From Candidatus Kapaibacterium sp. (GTDB lineage Bacteria; Bacteroidota; Ignavibacteria; Kapaibacteriales; UBA2268), in assembly GCA_963665665.1 (NCBI GenBank), contig OY762428.1:1504001-1568000 (forward strand): a stretch of DNA of 64,000 nt, written 5' to 3'. The translations under genes and the position numbers were made by a program. The notes under the pieces were generated by a model. It searched no databases. It was not told the DNA's origin and saw only the letters and a program-made list of their open reading frames with translations. Below are positions 52,744-63,374 of this stretch, piece by piece (the stretch's first letter is position 1; the number at the start of each line of letters is the position of its first letter).

Positions 52744-55500
52744 ATGAAGTGGCATTCCCTGTCAGCAGATGAAATATTAAAGCATTTTGGTTCCGATAAG
52801 AAAAAAGGCCTTGTTAGCGAACAAATTGATTACAACAGAGAAAAATTCGGTATAAACAGTCTGATGGAACAGAAGGACAAATCAATGGTACGTCTTCTGT
52901 TTGAACAGTTCAACGATCCGGTTATTTATATACTTGCCGCAGCCGCTGTTGTAACAGTTCTTGTTGGCCATGCAAAGGACAGTCTGGTTATCGGTTTTGT
53001 TATAATTTTGAATACTCTTATAGGTTTTTTCCAGGAAAGAAGGGCCGCCGACGCATTGAAAGCTTTGAAAAAAATGGCGGCACCATCAGCCAGGGTTATC
53101 AGGAACGGAAAGCAGGAAAGTGTGAGTGCCGCTGATGTTGTATGCGGAGATATAATACTTCTGGAAAGTGGGATGAGCGCCCCGGCAGACGGGCGTCTGA
53201 TAGATTCACAGAGCCTGCTGATAGATGAATCCATGCTGACAGGCGAATCATTTTCAATTGAAAAATTCCATAACCGCGAAATCAGCGAGGATGCCCCGCT
53301 CGGCGACCGGATAACTATGGTTTATTCCGGGACTATTGTACAAAAGGGAAGAGCAGCGGTAGTTGTTACTGCAGTTGGCCGTGATACGGAATTTGGTAAA
53401 ATTTCCGAAAAAGTCCTTGAAGCGGAAGAGACAATATCACCGCTTCAGAAACAAATAGAGAAGTTCAGTAAGAAGCTAAGTATTGCAATATTATCCATTA
53501 TCGTTGCAATTTTTGCTATCGGTTTTTTACGCGGGAACGAATGGATTCAAATGCTGATGACTTCCATTGGCCTTGCTGTTTCAGCAATTCCTGAAGGCTT
53601 GCCGGTATCTGTTACCATCACATTGTCGATTGGTGTTTACCAGATGGCAAAACACAAGGCAGTAGTTAAAAAACTTGCCGCCGTGGAAACCCTTGGCAGC
53701 ACAAATGTAATATGCACTGATAAAACCGGTACTCTGACAAAAAACCAGATGACAACTACGAAATACTTCCTTGGCGGCGAGGAATATGAAGTGGAAGGAT
53801 CGGGCTATCTGAACGAAGGAAAGGTAAAAGATAAAACTGGTAAAATTGTCAGTTTTAATGATAATCCCGCTGTTGAACTTGCCGCAAAAGTATCGGCGCT
53901 ATGTACAGAATCATCAATTGACCTGAAAGATAAGGAATGGGTAATCACCGGAGACCCCACTGAAGGATCGCTGCAAATTGCCGCCGAGAAAATGGAATTT
54001 CCCCTTGAAGGATGGGATGTTTCCGTTGATCTGCCTTTTGAATCTGAAATACAGATGATGGCTGTAAAAGCTACGAAAGATGATAAAAAATATGTTTTCG
54101 TAAAAGGAGCACCTGAAAAAGTTCTGGCCAGATGCAGTTCCGCAATTGATTCAGATGCTAATAATATTGATATTAACAATGATTTCCTGCTTGGGAAAAT
54201 AAAAGAATATTCCGACCAGGGACTCAGGGTGTTAACACTTGCGTACTGCGAAAAATGCACCGAAAAGCCACTGAATTTTGAAGATATTCGGGAGCTGACA
54301 TTTATCGGGTTTGCCTGTATCCAGGATTCAATCAGAAAAGAAGCTGCCGACGCCGTCCATGAATGCCATAATGCAGGGGTACGTGTTGTAATGATAACCG
54401 GAGACCATGTTCAGACGGCACGGGCCGTTGGCAAGTCAATAGGATTAGCGCCTGAAAAAGAAGTTCCGGATGCTATCAGCGGGGTGGACCTGGATGCCAT
54501 GGACGACGACGAATTATTTAACAGAGCCCCGGAACTGGATGTTTATGCCCGGGTAGCGCCTCATCATAAATTCAGGATTGTAAAGCAGCTGCAAAGGCAT
54601 AAAAACACTGTTGCCATGACAGGCGACGGCGTAAACGATGCTCCGGCCCTGAAACAGGCTGATATCGGAATAGCCATGGGCAGCGGTTCTGATGTGGCAA
54701 GGCAGGCTTCGCACATGGTGCTGCTTGACGATAATTTTGCCACGATTGTAAATGCAATTCGCCGGGGCAGGGTTATCCTGCAAAACCTGAAGCATATCAT
54801 TCTGTATATATTATGCACGAGTTTCGGAGGTATTCTAACAATTGCCACATCAGTTATTCTAGGTTTCCCCCTGCCTGTGCTTCCCGCCCAGCTTCTATGG
54901 ATAAACCTTGTAACCGACGGAACCAATACATTCCCGCTTGCCTTCGAGAAAGAACACGGCAACGTTATGCACTTCCCCCCTACTACTAAGCGAACGAGCC
55001 TTCTTACCGGCGAAATGATCCTTAGAATTTTCGGCGCCGGCCTTATTATGATGCTTGGAACGCTGGGGATATTTTACTATACTGCCGGGGACGTTTATAA
55101 TGTCAGTGGTGACGAACTTCTTAAAGCCCAGACAATGGCCTTCAGCGTGCTTGCATTTTTCCAGATATGGAATGTTCAGAATTCACGCTCGGTGGATCGT
55201 TCTCTATTCTTACGCCTGCCCCACCCGATGATGTTTCAGCCCGGAATGGAAGGGCAGAAACTGGATCCTGCCGGGCCTTTCAGAAATCCGGTATTGCTGG
55301 CTGTAATGCTTCTGTCGATATTTCTTCAGGTAGGAGCCGTGGCCCTGCCGTTTATGAATGTTGTACTTGATACTGTACCTTTGGCATTGAATGAATGGGC
55401 ATTGGTTTTCGGACTGTCATTCGGAATTATCATTATTATCGAGTTGGCAAAACTTATTGAAGCTTATCTAAATACAGCAAGAACAAGGAGGAAAGGGTAG
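52744..55500 (+). CDS. P-type cation-transporting ATPase (type IIA, Ca2+-like)
   Basis: DESMLTGES, IPEGL, DKTGTLT, KGAPE, MTGDGVNDAPAL, QLLWINLVTD. Confidence 0.95.
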   Translation: MKWHSLSADEILKHFGSDKKKGLVSEQIDYNREKFGINSLMEQKDKSMVRLLFEQFNDPVIYILAAAAVVTVLVGHAKDSLVIGFVIILNTLIGFFQERRAADALKALKKMAAPSARVIRNGKQESVSAADVVCGDIILLESGMSAPADGRLIDSQSLLIDESMLTGESFSIEKFHNREISEDAPLGDRITMVYSGTIVQKGRAAVVVTAVGRDTEFGKISEKVLEAEETISPLQKQIEKFSKKLSIAILSIIVAIFAIGFLRGNEWIQMLMTSIGLAVSAIPEGLPVSVTITLSIGVYQMAKHKAVVKKLAAVETLGSTNVICTDKTGTLTKNQMTTTKYFLGGEEYEVEGSGYLNEGKVKDKTGKIVSFNDNPAVELAAKVSALCTESSIDLKDKEWVITGDPTEGSLQIAAEKMEFPLEGWDVSVDLPFESEIQMMAVKATKDDKKYVFVKGAPEKVLARCSSAIDSDANNIDINNDFLLGKIKEYSDQGLRVLTLAYCEKCTEKPLNFEDIRELTFIGFACIQDSIRKEAADAVHECHNAGVRVVMITGDHVQTARAVGKSIGLAPEKEVPDAISGVDLDAMDDDELFNRAPELDVYARVAPHHKFRIVKQLQRHKNTVAMTGDGVNDAPALKQADIGIAMGSGSDVARQASHMVLLDDNFATIVNAIRRGRVILQNLKHIILYILCTSFGGILTIATSVILGFPLPVLPAQLLWINLVTDGTNTFPLAFEKEHGNVMHFPPTTKRTSLLTGEMILRIFGAGLIMMLGTLGIFYYTAGDVYNVSGDELLKAQTMAFSVLAFFQIWNVQNSRSVDRSLFLRLPHPMMFQPGMEGQKLDPAGPFRNPVLLAVMLLSIFLQVGAVALPFMNVVLDTVPLALNEWALVFGLSFGIIIIIELAKLIEAYLNTARTRRKG

Positions 55501-55532
55501 TAAGGATAAACAATACGCTGATAATTATTCAT

Positions 55533-55568
55533 AAAAAAGTCAAACCCCGCCGGGTAGCGGGGTCTGCC
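55533..55568 (-). terminator. Intrinsic terminator
   Basis: Minus strand GGCAGACCCCGC-TACCCG-GCGGGGTTTGAC-TTTTTT. Confidence 0.8.
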
Positions 55569-55646
55569 AATAATGAACCGGTCGGCACCTGACAAAATAT
55601 ATCATCCTGATATACTCCTTCCATTGTCCGGGATGGTCCGGTCACT
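55533..55646 (-). ncRNA. Candidate GGA-rich structured RNA (CsrB/RsmY-like)
   Basis: Five GGA motifs in ~40 nt, including the hairpin TATATC-AGGAT-GATATA, ending in a terminator. Confidence 0.35.
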
Positions 55647-55660
55647 AATTTTTTTTTTTG

Positions 55661-56671
55661 CTATTTCAGCCCGGTAAACAAAGAAGTTCCCATACTGGTA
55701 TCAATATGTTTCACATCCCTGTACCAGCCTTCCCGCATGGTAATCCACAGATCAGTGTGAGTATATACTTCGCCCCCTTTGGTTTCCAGCATTAGCGAAA
55801 GTGATTTTACGGCTGAATCCTCGGGGCCTGTTCTCTGATCATTCAGAACATAATCATGAATAGCAATATTTCCCCCGCTGTTAATAATATCATAAGTTTT
55901 CTGCATCAGGTTAATATTATTCCATAGCGAATGCCTGTGAAGAAACATAGAACAAACAACAAGATCATAATTACCAGTAAGCTCATCAATATAAGGATTT
56001 CCTTCAATAATCCTAACCTTATCGTTTATACCGGCAGCTTCAAGAAGCCCCAGGGATTTCTTAACAACGCTCGGAAGAATCATCATATCAATTTTTAATT
56101 CCGGTTTACTATCCAGAAATTCGCGGGTATAAATTCCTGCATTATCTCCAAGCATCAGTATTTTATTTACTTTGGAAAGGTTCAGAGCCTGAACAACTTC
56201 AGGAGCACACTTACAGTCGAATCGATATTGAATGTCGAATTCACCTGCAACAAGCATTTCCAGTTGTTTTTCCTCGTTTTCCTCATCTATCTCCCCCTTT
56301 TTCACTATGTCGGTCAGTTGGCCGAATTTATCCCAAAGTGAGGAAATAGAGTTCAGATCGCCAATAAAATCCGGGCTTTGCTTTACAAGATACCAGCGGG
56401 CGCCTTTAGAATTCATATATTCGTCGCCCTGCTTGTATGTAAGCCCAATTGAACATAGGGCATTAAGAAGTTTTTCAGTTGAGCCGGGATCAGCATCAAT
56501 ATCGTGAGCAATTTCTTTAGCAGTACGGGATTCATTCCCGAGTACGGTAAAAATACCAAGCTCGTTGGCAGTCAGCAGGATTTTACTTTTCCTGAAGGAA
56601 TAGGCCAGATCAATTATCATCCCTTTTGTATCAACTTCTTTTGCCGGTAAAGAGGTAGTTCTACTTTTCAT
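55661..56671 (-). CDS. O-methyltransferase family protein (dimerisation + Methyltransf_2)
   Basis: LLTANELGIF, LLNALCSIGL, YDLV...FLH, GG.IAIHD; glycine loop degenerate (MLGDNAG); start ATG 56671. Confidence 0.8.
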   Translation of the reverse strand: MKSRTTSLPAKEVDTKGMIIDLAYSFRKSKILLTANELGIFTVLGNESRTAKEIAHDIDADPGSTEKLLNALCSIGLTYKQGDEYMNSKGARWYLVKQSPDFIGDLNSISSLWDKFGQLTDIVKKGEIDEENEEKQLEMLVAGEFDIQYRFDCKCAPEVVQALNLSKVNKILMLGDNAGIYTREFLDSKPELKIDMMILPSVVKKSLGLLEAAGINDKVRIIEGNPYIDELTGNYDLVVCSMFLHRHSLWNNINLMQKTYDIINSGGNIAIHDYVLNDQRTGPEDSAVKSLSLMLETKGGEVYTHTDLWITMREGWYRDVKHIDTSMGTSLFTGLK

Positions 56672-56846
56672 ATAGTCTCCTTTATTTGTATGCACCCCCT
56701 GATACACATTTTTTATCACTTGTGTAAAAGTTACAAAAGATTCCAACCAATATCAAGAATAAATATACTATAAACTGAATTTATTTCATTTTTTAAACAG
56801 AATTGCTAACTTGTATTATAGATTATTAATAATAATAGGATTGAAT

Positions 56847-57353
56847 ATGAAAAAAATTACCACATTGCTCATCATTCTTATTCTGGCTGCATGTTCATCG
56901 CAAAGATACTCTATTGATGAAATCCTCGGAAAAAATAATATTATCAAAGGCCAGCTTAACTGGACAGAATGGAAAAAACATGCCCAATGGATTGACTATG
57001 ATGCTGACAATTACAACCCTGACCAGAAAGCGCTTGAAACCCTGAAAACAGCTATTGAAAACTACCAGCCCAATTTTATCCTTTTTGCCGCTTCGTGGTG
57101 TCACGACTGCCAAAGCGAAGTTCCGAAAATCTATAAAATTTTCCGCGAGATAAATGTTTCCGAAAACTTTGTTCAGCTGATTGGAGTTGATAAAAACAAG
57201 CAGGACATAAAAGGGATGGCCGATGATATGAATATAAAAAAAGTCCCCACACTCCTGATTTTCACAGAGGGAAAGGAAAAAGGCAGGATAGTGGAATTTC
57301 CGAAATTAAGCTGGGAACAGGACATGGCCGATATTATTCTGGGCATGGAGTAA
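56847..57353 (+). CDS. Thioredoxin-family lipoprotein
   Basis: Lipobox LAAC; WCHDC; KVPT; GRIVE. Confidence 0.88.
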   Translation: MKKITTLLIILILAACSSQRYSIDEILGKNNIIKGQLNWTEWKKHAQWIDYDADNYNPDQKALETLKTAIENYQPNFILFAASWCHDCQSEVPKIYKIFREINVSENFVQLIGVDKNKQDIKGMADDMNIKKVPTLLIFTEGKEKGRIVEFPKLSWEQDMADIILGME

Positions 57354-57359
57354 AAGGTG

Positions 57360-57983
57360 CTAAAGATATATCTTAAACTCAACTGTCAGAACATTAGTAT
57401 AAATTTGCGGAACATCTTCAAGGTATGCAGAAAAGAAAAAATAAATATATCCGAATTGGCGACGGTCCAGAATCCACATAGCAGATTGGAATATTTCGCC
57501 GAATGTTTCTTCATAAGGGTTGTTTTTAAAATTTCTGTATAGCAGGCTAATTGTGTTTTTGGGATTTTCAATACCAGAAAGATCAACAATAATCGAATCT
57601 TTTAAGGTTAGCGTGTCAGTCTTTAAAACAAAACCTTTTATTCTGTCATATCTGCCCTGTTCTGCAATTTCAAGGTCATCAATCATACTTTCCACTTCAA
57701 GCCGTTTTATCAGTATCTTCAGTTTTCCGTTTGTTGTATCAATTTTGATATCATTATGTAAATATTCCAAAACATCAGAGGTAAACCCAATAGGATAATC
57801 AAAATTGCCTTCTGAATATCTCATTGACTTAATCTCTGCTTTATTAAAAGGATCAACTGTACCGGAACCTGAATCATCAAAGATCAGGTCTTTTTGCACT
57901 TTTGGATCAATTCCAAGCGAATCCTCGCATCCGAATGACAAAATTATCAGAACAACCATTAATAAAAAAACTAAATACTTCAT
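57360..57983 (-). CDS. Hypothetical lipoprotein
   Basis: Lipobox SFGC; third gene of the ECF operon. Confidence 0.75.
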   Translation of the reverse strand: MKYLVFLLMVVLIILSFGCEDSLGIDPKVQKDLIFDDSGSGTVDPFNKAEIKSMRYSEGNFDYPIGFTSDVLEYLHNDIKIDTTNGKLKILIKRLEVESMIDDLEIAEQGRYDRIKGFVLKTDTLTLKDSIIVDLSGIENPKNTISLLYRNFKNNPYEETFGEIFQSAMWILDRRQFGYIYFFFSAYLEDVPQIYTNVLTVEFKIYL

Positions 57984-57992
57984 ATTCTTAAC

Positions 57993-59219
57993 CTACAAAC
58001 AAAAAACAATACCATAATGAATTCCTATCTTCGGAGCATTAAAATAGCTGTCCGAATGTTTATAAAACAGGTTACTTCCTTCAACTCCAAGGACAAATCC
58101 ATAATCCCGGCCGGCCATGTAGCGAAGGCCTCCCATCAGCCTGCCCACGGCACCGGCTCTGCTCAAAGAGGCCCCTGCCTGCAGGAAGCCGTTTATCTTA
58201 CCGGAATTAAACAGGTAGTAACGTGCAACTGCTCCTGCACTGAACAGGTTCGGATACTGGCGGTAGCTGTAAAGCTTACCGTCATCCACACCTTCGAATT
58301 TCTGGTAGAAGAATTCCTGCCTTACATCAAGCCCTACAAACAGATTCTCATTAATACTATACAGTCCGGTTATATTCAGATTCTTCAAATCCGGAGAGGA
58401 CGACTCGGAAATATCTGCTTTTGGAAAATCAAAATAGCTGGCTCCCCGGAGTTCAAAATCAATCCCGATTTTTTCCCAAACTTCTTCGGAAACAGTTACA
58501 TTTTTTTCAGCATCTACCTTTACAGGAATAAATACAATTGATCCTAAACTTTGTTTGGGTGTATGAACAGGATTATATATCACATCTTTTGACTTTAGTT
58601 CCGGAAAATTTAAATCCATATAATGTTTTTCATCGTAATCTTTCACGGCATCATCAGTTGAAGAAACAGTTTCACCCGGGGAAGATTGATCATCTTCAGA
58701 AGCAAGAATTGGATTATTCTTTGCCTTAGATTCGTGATGTTTTGATTTATTTGCATCGTTAATATTTTCAAAAGAATCGCTGACCGGGATATTTATTTCC
58801 AGCGGTTGGCGGTATATATCAGGATTATCTGCAGCCATAATGGTATCGGCTCTCTCAGTACCGGGCATTGCTAAATATATTAAAATCGCCGTTACCGCTG
58901 ATGATAGAAGAGCTGTAAAGAAATGTGACGGCCGTGTTGCAAAAAATGATGAAATTTTGTGCCCAATAGCTGACAAACCTCCTGCCGGCGCAGGGGATTG
59001 TGGTACATTAAAACCAAGCCTGTCGAAAACAGCTATAGTAGATTTTGCTGAAGGAGCCATTCGGGCAGCATCAGACTTCATCGAATTCTCGATATTCAGC
59101 ATTTGCCGTAATTCGTGTCGGGCATCATCACTGGACGAAAGATTGGCAAAGAAGTTTGCCTCAGCTTCCGAAGTAAGCTTGCCGTCGAGAAAATCATTTA
59201 TATATTTATTGTTATCCAT
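57993..59219 (-). CDS. Anti-sigma factor with TM helix, disordered linker and C-terminal outer-membrane beta-barrel-like domain
   Basis: YINDFLDGKL..E N-terminus; one TM; low-complexity linker; alternating beta-strand pattern ending IGIHYGIVFCL. Confidence 0.7.
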   Translation of the reverse strand: MDNNKYINDFLDGKLTSEAEANFFANLSSSDDARHELRQMLNIENSMKSDAARMAPSAKSTIAVFDRLGFNVPQSPAPAGGLSAIGHKISSFFATRPSHFFTALLSSAVTAILIYLAMPGTERADTIMAADNPDIYRQPLEINIPVSDSFENINDANKSKHHESKAKNNPILASEDDQSSPGETVSSTDDAVKDYDEKHYMDLNFPELKSKDVIYNPVHTPKQSLGSIVFIPVKVDAEKNVTVSEEVWEKIGIDFELRGASYFDFPKADISESSSPDLKNLNITGLYSINENLFVGLDVRQEFFYQKFEGVDDGKLYSYRQYPNLFSAGAVARYYLFNSGKINGFLQAGASLSRAGAVGRLMGGLRYMAGRDYGFVLGVEGSNLFYKHSDSYFNAPKIGIHYGIVFCL

Positions 59220-59251
59220 TACTAATAATCCGTTCGGGTATTAAAATCATA

Positions 59252-59815
59252 CTAACTTACAGTATCCTTTATGTAAGGAGTTAAAATTTCTTTTAGTTTC
59301 TGCCTGGCCCTGAATACTCTTGATCGGGCATTAACAGTACTTATACCACAAATATCACCGATTTCTGCATATTCCATTCCACTATAAACTTTCATAATCA
59401 GAGGTTCACGGTAGTCAGGCCCGAGAAGGTCAATAGCCATTTTTACTAGTTCCACCATTTCCATATCGGGCGAATTATCAATTGCAGGTAATATTTCTTC
59501 GAATTCTTCAATAGGAATGGTAGTCTTTTTGCCTCTCTGCTGATTCAGATACAGGTTTCGGGCTATTGTTATCAGGAATCCGATTATTGACCCGGAACAT
59601 TTATCGGCACTTGCCTTCATAAAAAACTTGTAAAATGTTTCCTGGAAAATATCACCGGCCTGTTCGGGATCGCCTGTTATTCTTATACAGTAAGCATTCA
59701 GCCTGGTCGAATATCGGTCATATATTTCAGTAAATGCCGCTTCTGCTTCAGTTTTTTCTTTCTGAAGCATTTTCAGCAATTCAATATCAGGATATGACGC
59801 GAGTTTTTTCTTCAT
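59252..59815 (-). CDS. ECF RNA polymerase sigma-70 factor
   Basis: AFTEIYDRY, DIFQETF, LITIARN, Y.EIG...SRVFRARQKL. Confidence 0.93.
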   Translation of the reverse strand: MKKKLASYPDIELLKMLQKEKTEAEAAFTEIYDRYSTRLNAYCIRITGDPEQAGDIFQETFYKFFMKASADKCSGSIIGFLITIARNLYLNQQRGKKTTIPIEEFEEILPAIDNSPDMEMVELVKMAIDLLGPDYREPLIMKVYSGMEYAEIGDICGISTVNARSRVFRARQKLKEILTPYIKDTVS

Positions 59816-59849
59816 TTCAAACCAAAAAAATAGTAATCTATATAATTCA

Positions 59850-59878
59850 TATACTCAAAAAAGGTTTGAACGTTGCAA
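59850..59878 (-). promoter_or_regulatory. Putative ECF-type autoregulatory promoter
   Basis: Minus strand TGCAAC-N16-GAGTATA, about 35 bp upstream of the sigma start. Confidence 0.45.
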
Positions 59879-60166
59879 CAGAAAATAATAAAAAAATAAA
59901 AATCATATTGAATTTTTTCAGAAAAATCCATTATCAACAATAAATCATGTTGGCAAAATTTTATAATGTGCATTATTATTATTGTGATACCATTGATTAA
60001 ATAATATCATTTTGGAAATCCAACCCTTCACTAATTGATTCTCCCTTAGATACTCATGTTTTCTGAAAGGCATCTTTTTTAATTATGCTAAAACTATTAC
60101 TAATTTTTACCGTAAATAAAAACAATGACTTTAATTACTGAATAAATATATTAACAGGCAGAGAAA

Positions 60167-60760
60167 ATGGGACTTGAAGAACAGGGAGGCAGGCCAAGCG
60201 GCAAAACCGGGATTTTCTTCGGGAAAATGATGAATTTGTTTCATACCGGCTTTTACAAAAAATATTATTCAAAAATCCTTCCGGATACCCCGGCTCAACT
60301 ACTGGACATTGGCTGCGGTGGCGGCAGGCTTATACATCATCTGTCCGGAAAACACAAAGACTATAAAGTATTCGGGCTTGATCACTCTGAGGAGATGGTA
60401 GCTCTTTCGAAAAAAATAAATTCGGAATTGATCAGTTCGGGCAGGGTAAGCATAGAAGCCGGATCGGTTGGGAACCTGCCATTTGCAGGGGAAACCATGA
60501 ATATTATTACTGCAAACGAAACGGTTCAGTTCTGGCCTGATATTCAAATAGCATTTTCCGAGATATACAGGGTTTTGAAATCCGGCGGCAACTTTTTTAT
60601 TATCAACAGGTATCCGCCCGAAGGCAGCAAATGGCGGAAAATAGCCAAACTTAAAAGCGGGGATGATTTTGCAGAAGCTTTCAAAAAAGCCGGTTTTCAG
60701 AATATTGAAATTGACCTGGAAACAAGAAAAGGATGGATTTTAACCAAAACAACGAAATAG
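60167..60760 (+). CDS. Class I SAM-dependent methyltransferase
   Basis: LLDIGCGGG, GLDHS, EIYRVLKSGG. Confidence 0.9.
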   Translation: MGLEEQGGRPSGKTGIFFGKMMNLFHTGFYKKYYSKILPDTPAQLLDIGCGGGRLIHHLSGKHKDYKVFGLDHSEEMVALSKKINSELISSGRVSIEAGSVGNLPFAGETMNIITANETVQFWPDIQIAFSEIYRVLKSGGNFFIINRYPPEGSKWRKIAKLKSGDDFAEAFKKAGFQNIEIDLETRKGWILTKTTK

Positions 60761-60764
60761 CAAT

Positions 60765-61208
60765 ATGAAAAAACTTTATATACCGCCTACGCTGATTGCA
60801 TATTGTGCAATTTTAATGTTGGTTTGTTTTGTCTTTCTGCCGCAATACAACATGATAAAATTCCCTTTTAACCTGGTTGGTTTATTAATTGCTTTTTTGG
60901 GTTTTTACTTAATGGGAAAGGTACGGGACATGTTCAAAAAATATGAAACGACCTTGAAAATTGAAACCTCGCGGCATCTGATTGACGAAGGAGTTTTTTC
61001 AAAATCGCGAAACCCGATGTACCTGGGAATGTTCTTCCTGATAATTGGATTTTCCGTATTTTCAACTAATGTAATTTCTCTATTATTGCCCTTTGCCTTT
61101 TTAATGGCCGTCCGTTTGATATTTGTACCCAAAGAAGACAAATTAATGCTTGAACAATTCGGAAATAATTACCTGGAATACAAGAAGAAAGTAAGAATGT
61201 GGATATAG
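60765..61208 (+). CDS. Isoprenylcysteine carboxylmethyltransferase-family membrane protein
   Basis: GVFSKSRNPMYLG...ED...FGNNYLEYKKKVRMWI. Confidence 0.88.
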   Translation: MKKLYIPPTLIAYCAILMLVCFVFLPQYNMIKFPFNLVGLLIAFLGFYLMGKVRDMFKKYETTLKIETSRHLIDEGVFSKSRNPMYLGMFFLIIGFSVFSTNVISLLLPFAFLMAVRLIFVPKEDKLMLEQFGNNYLEYKKKVRMWI

Positions 61209-61395
61209 GTTCTGTTAATAGAACGAGTAACTGAAATGAATAAAATCCGGATAATTTGATATTTAACAGAATTTTTTTTTGAATTTTTATCGGAATGACT
61301 GCATTTTTTCAAATACTGACCATAAGCTAAAGCAAGTGGCTATATTAAATATAATTACTTACAAATTTTGCTTTTTAAAAAACAAACCAGATCAC

Positions 61396-61446
61396 ATCTT
61401 CTTTGTATTTTATGGACACATGAAACGTAAAAAGGTCTCAGAGAGA
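61396..61446. repeat. 51-bp direct repeat, copy 1
   Basis: 47/51 identical to 63473-63523. Confidence 0.85.
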
Positions 61447-61459
61447 GAAATATCATTTC

Positions 61460-63298
61460 CTACCTCCTAATAACAATCTTCTTTACAATACCTCTGTTGG
61501 TGCTGATCCTGAGGATGTAAATACCAGGAAGTATTTTGATTAACGGAATCGAAATCGATTTGTTATCACTGTCGGCTACATATTTTTCAATAAAGTTTTC
61601 GTTTTTATCAAGCAGTTTAAGAGAGCGAAATGTTAAATCCTGAATATCTGAAGTCACAATCCATTCACCGGATGAATTCTCCCTGACATTAATATCTTCA
61701 TCGCTTATTGAAGGAATTTCAATAACAACTGTTTTCTCCTGAAGGTAGGGATATCCGTCATTTATTTCCGGATCGATAGCCCAAACATTTTCAAAATCCC
61801 ATCCGGCCTCAAGGAAAGTATTTATGTCCTTCATATCAGCAGTTGGCAGGCCGGTGGCATTTTCAGATATATTAACGCCGCTAAGCTCGTTGTCCCAAAA
61901 GCAGGAAGTTATCCAAATCCTGTTTGTATCTCCATAGTACTTGCCGTTAAAACCGGATATTTCGGCAGAACAATCCATTTCACCTGCCCAGTAGCAGTTC
62001 TTTATCTGATTATCAGTATATTCTGAATTAATAAAACCACAAAAACCAAAGGCAGAAGAATCAGCTTTTAAATTAATCCTTGAATAACAGTTGACAATAC
62101 TTGAATTATAACCAGGTTCCATGTTCATTCCACCACAAAAACCGCTTATGTTTTTATGTCCTGTAATCTCGCCTGTACAATAACATTCAGAGATATGATT
62201 CTGATCGGATTCAATTTGTCCATTGAAACAGCAAAATCCGTACAAACCGCTGTATCCGGTTATACTGCCCTCGGCTCTGCAATGTGATATAATACTCGAA
62301 TCCGCATAATTATTTGATGTCCCGTTACAATAGCAAAACAGAGCAACATTGGAATCGTAATAATCTGAGTTTGCAGAATCTACAATGCAGCTGCTATAAC
62401 TATTTATGATCTTATTGCTATTTTCATAACAGAATCCTCCGAAACAATGTGCATTATGAACATGGAAATCAGCGCTGCAACTATCAATAATCCCATGATT
62501 TATAAAACAAAAACCTCCGGAATTATCAAAATAATCCATTTTACCATTAGACTCGCAATTTCTTATTGTTCCATGATTTCTATTGCAAAAGCCTCCGCTC
62601 CAATTTCCTGAAAAATTGACAATAGCAACACAATTCTCAATAACCCCGCCATTTAATTTGCAGAAACCACCCGCATTAGCAATTCGTTCATTCTTAATCT
62701 CACATTTGCAGTTTCTTATTATTGAATTCGAGGCTACTGCACAAAATCCTCCGAAATATTGATAGCCTTCTGATAGCAATCCCGAAACTTCACAATTTTC
62801 GATAATATTGATTTCATCCGTATTCTTGTTTGAAATACTTCCAAACATCAAAGCAACCGTCGTAAAATCCATCGATATTTCACATTTGGTCCCGACTTCC
62901 ATATCAATTATTCTCAGATCGTGAATATGAAATCCATCTCCGGCATAATTGAAGAAAGCAGAAGTATTTCCCTGCTTCATATTTACACAAATATTCGAAA
63001 TCGTTTTGTTGTTCCCATCCAGTTCTCCTGTAAAAGGCTCAATTAGCGTTCCTGGCTCATAACTTGATACTTTTCCTATCCCAATAAAGCCATCGCCGTC
63101 ATTCCAATCCCTTGTCTCGGAGGCATCAATATCATTCATCAGAATGTAGTGGGCTGCAAGGTCGTCGTTCATTTCCTGTAGTTGTTCCACAGTTGTTATC
63201 CTGTATGGATCGTCGGGCGTTCCGCTGCCTTCTCCGGAAAACCCCCGAAGAATATTCGTGGCAAATATTAAAATCAAAAGAGTAATGAATACTTTCAT
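61460..63298 (-). CDS. Secreted GLUG/M26-like beta-helical repeat protein with T9SS-like CTD
   Basis: FSGEGSGTPDDPYRI, FTGELDGN, repeated GGFC..N.G.I.NC, GWDFENVW...GYPYL, PGIYILRI; start ATG 63298. Confidence 0.82.
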   Translation of the reverse strand: MKVFITLLILIFATNILRGFSGEGSGTPDDPYRITTVEQLQEMNDDLAAHYILMNDIDASETRDWNDGDGFIGIGKVSSYEPGTLIEPFTGELDGNNKTISNICVNMKQGNTSAFFNYAGDGFHIHDLRIIDMEVGTKCEISMDFTTVALMFGSISNKNTDEINIIENCEVSGLLSEGYQYFGGFCAVASNSIIRNCKCEIKNERIANAGGFCKLNGGVIENCVAIVNFSGNWSGGFCNRNHGTIRNCESNGKMDYFDNSGGFCFINHGIIDSCSADFHVHNAHCFGGFCYENSNKIINSYSSCIVDSANSDYYDSNVALFCYCNGTSNNYADSSIISHCRAEGSITGYSGLYGFCCFNGQIESDQNHISECYCTGEITGHKNISGFCGGMNMEPGYNSSIVNCYSRINLKADSSAFGFCGFINSEYTDNQIKNCYWAGEMDCSAEISGFNGKYYGDTNRIWITSCFWDNELSGVNISENATGLPTADMKDINTFLEAGWDFENVWAIDPEINDGYPYLQEKTVVIEIPSISDEDINVRENSSGEWIVTSDIQDLTFRSLKLLDKNENFIEKYVADSDNKSISIPLIKILPGIYILRISTNRGIVKKIVIRR

Positions 63299-63374
63299 TC
63301 CAACCACCTTTATTGGTTTTGTAATATTTTTATTTCAAATGGAGCTGTCTCATTATTCAAAAATTTTTGCTTTT

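Noticed and set aside
55570-55646. ZTP or c-di-GMP riboswitch
   Set aside because: Only fragments match (GTGAC.GG, GCCGACCG); core motifs are missing and it lies between convergent 3' ends
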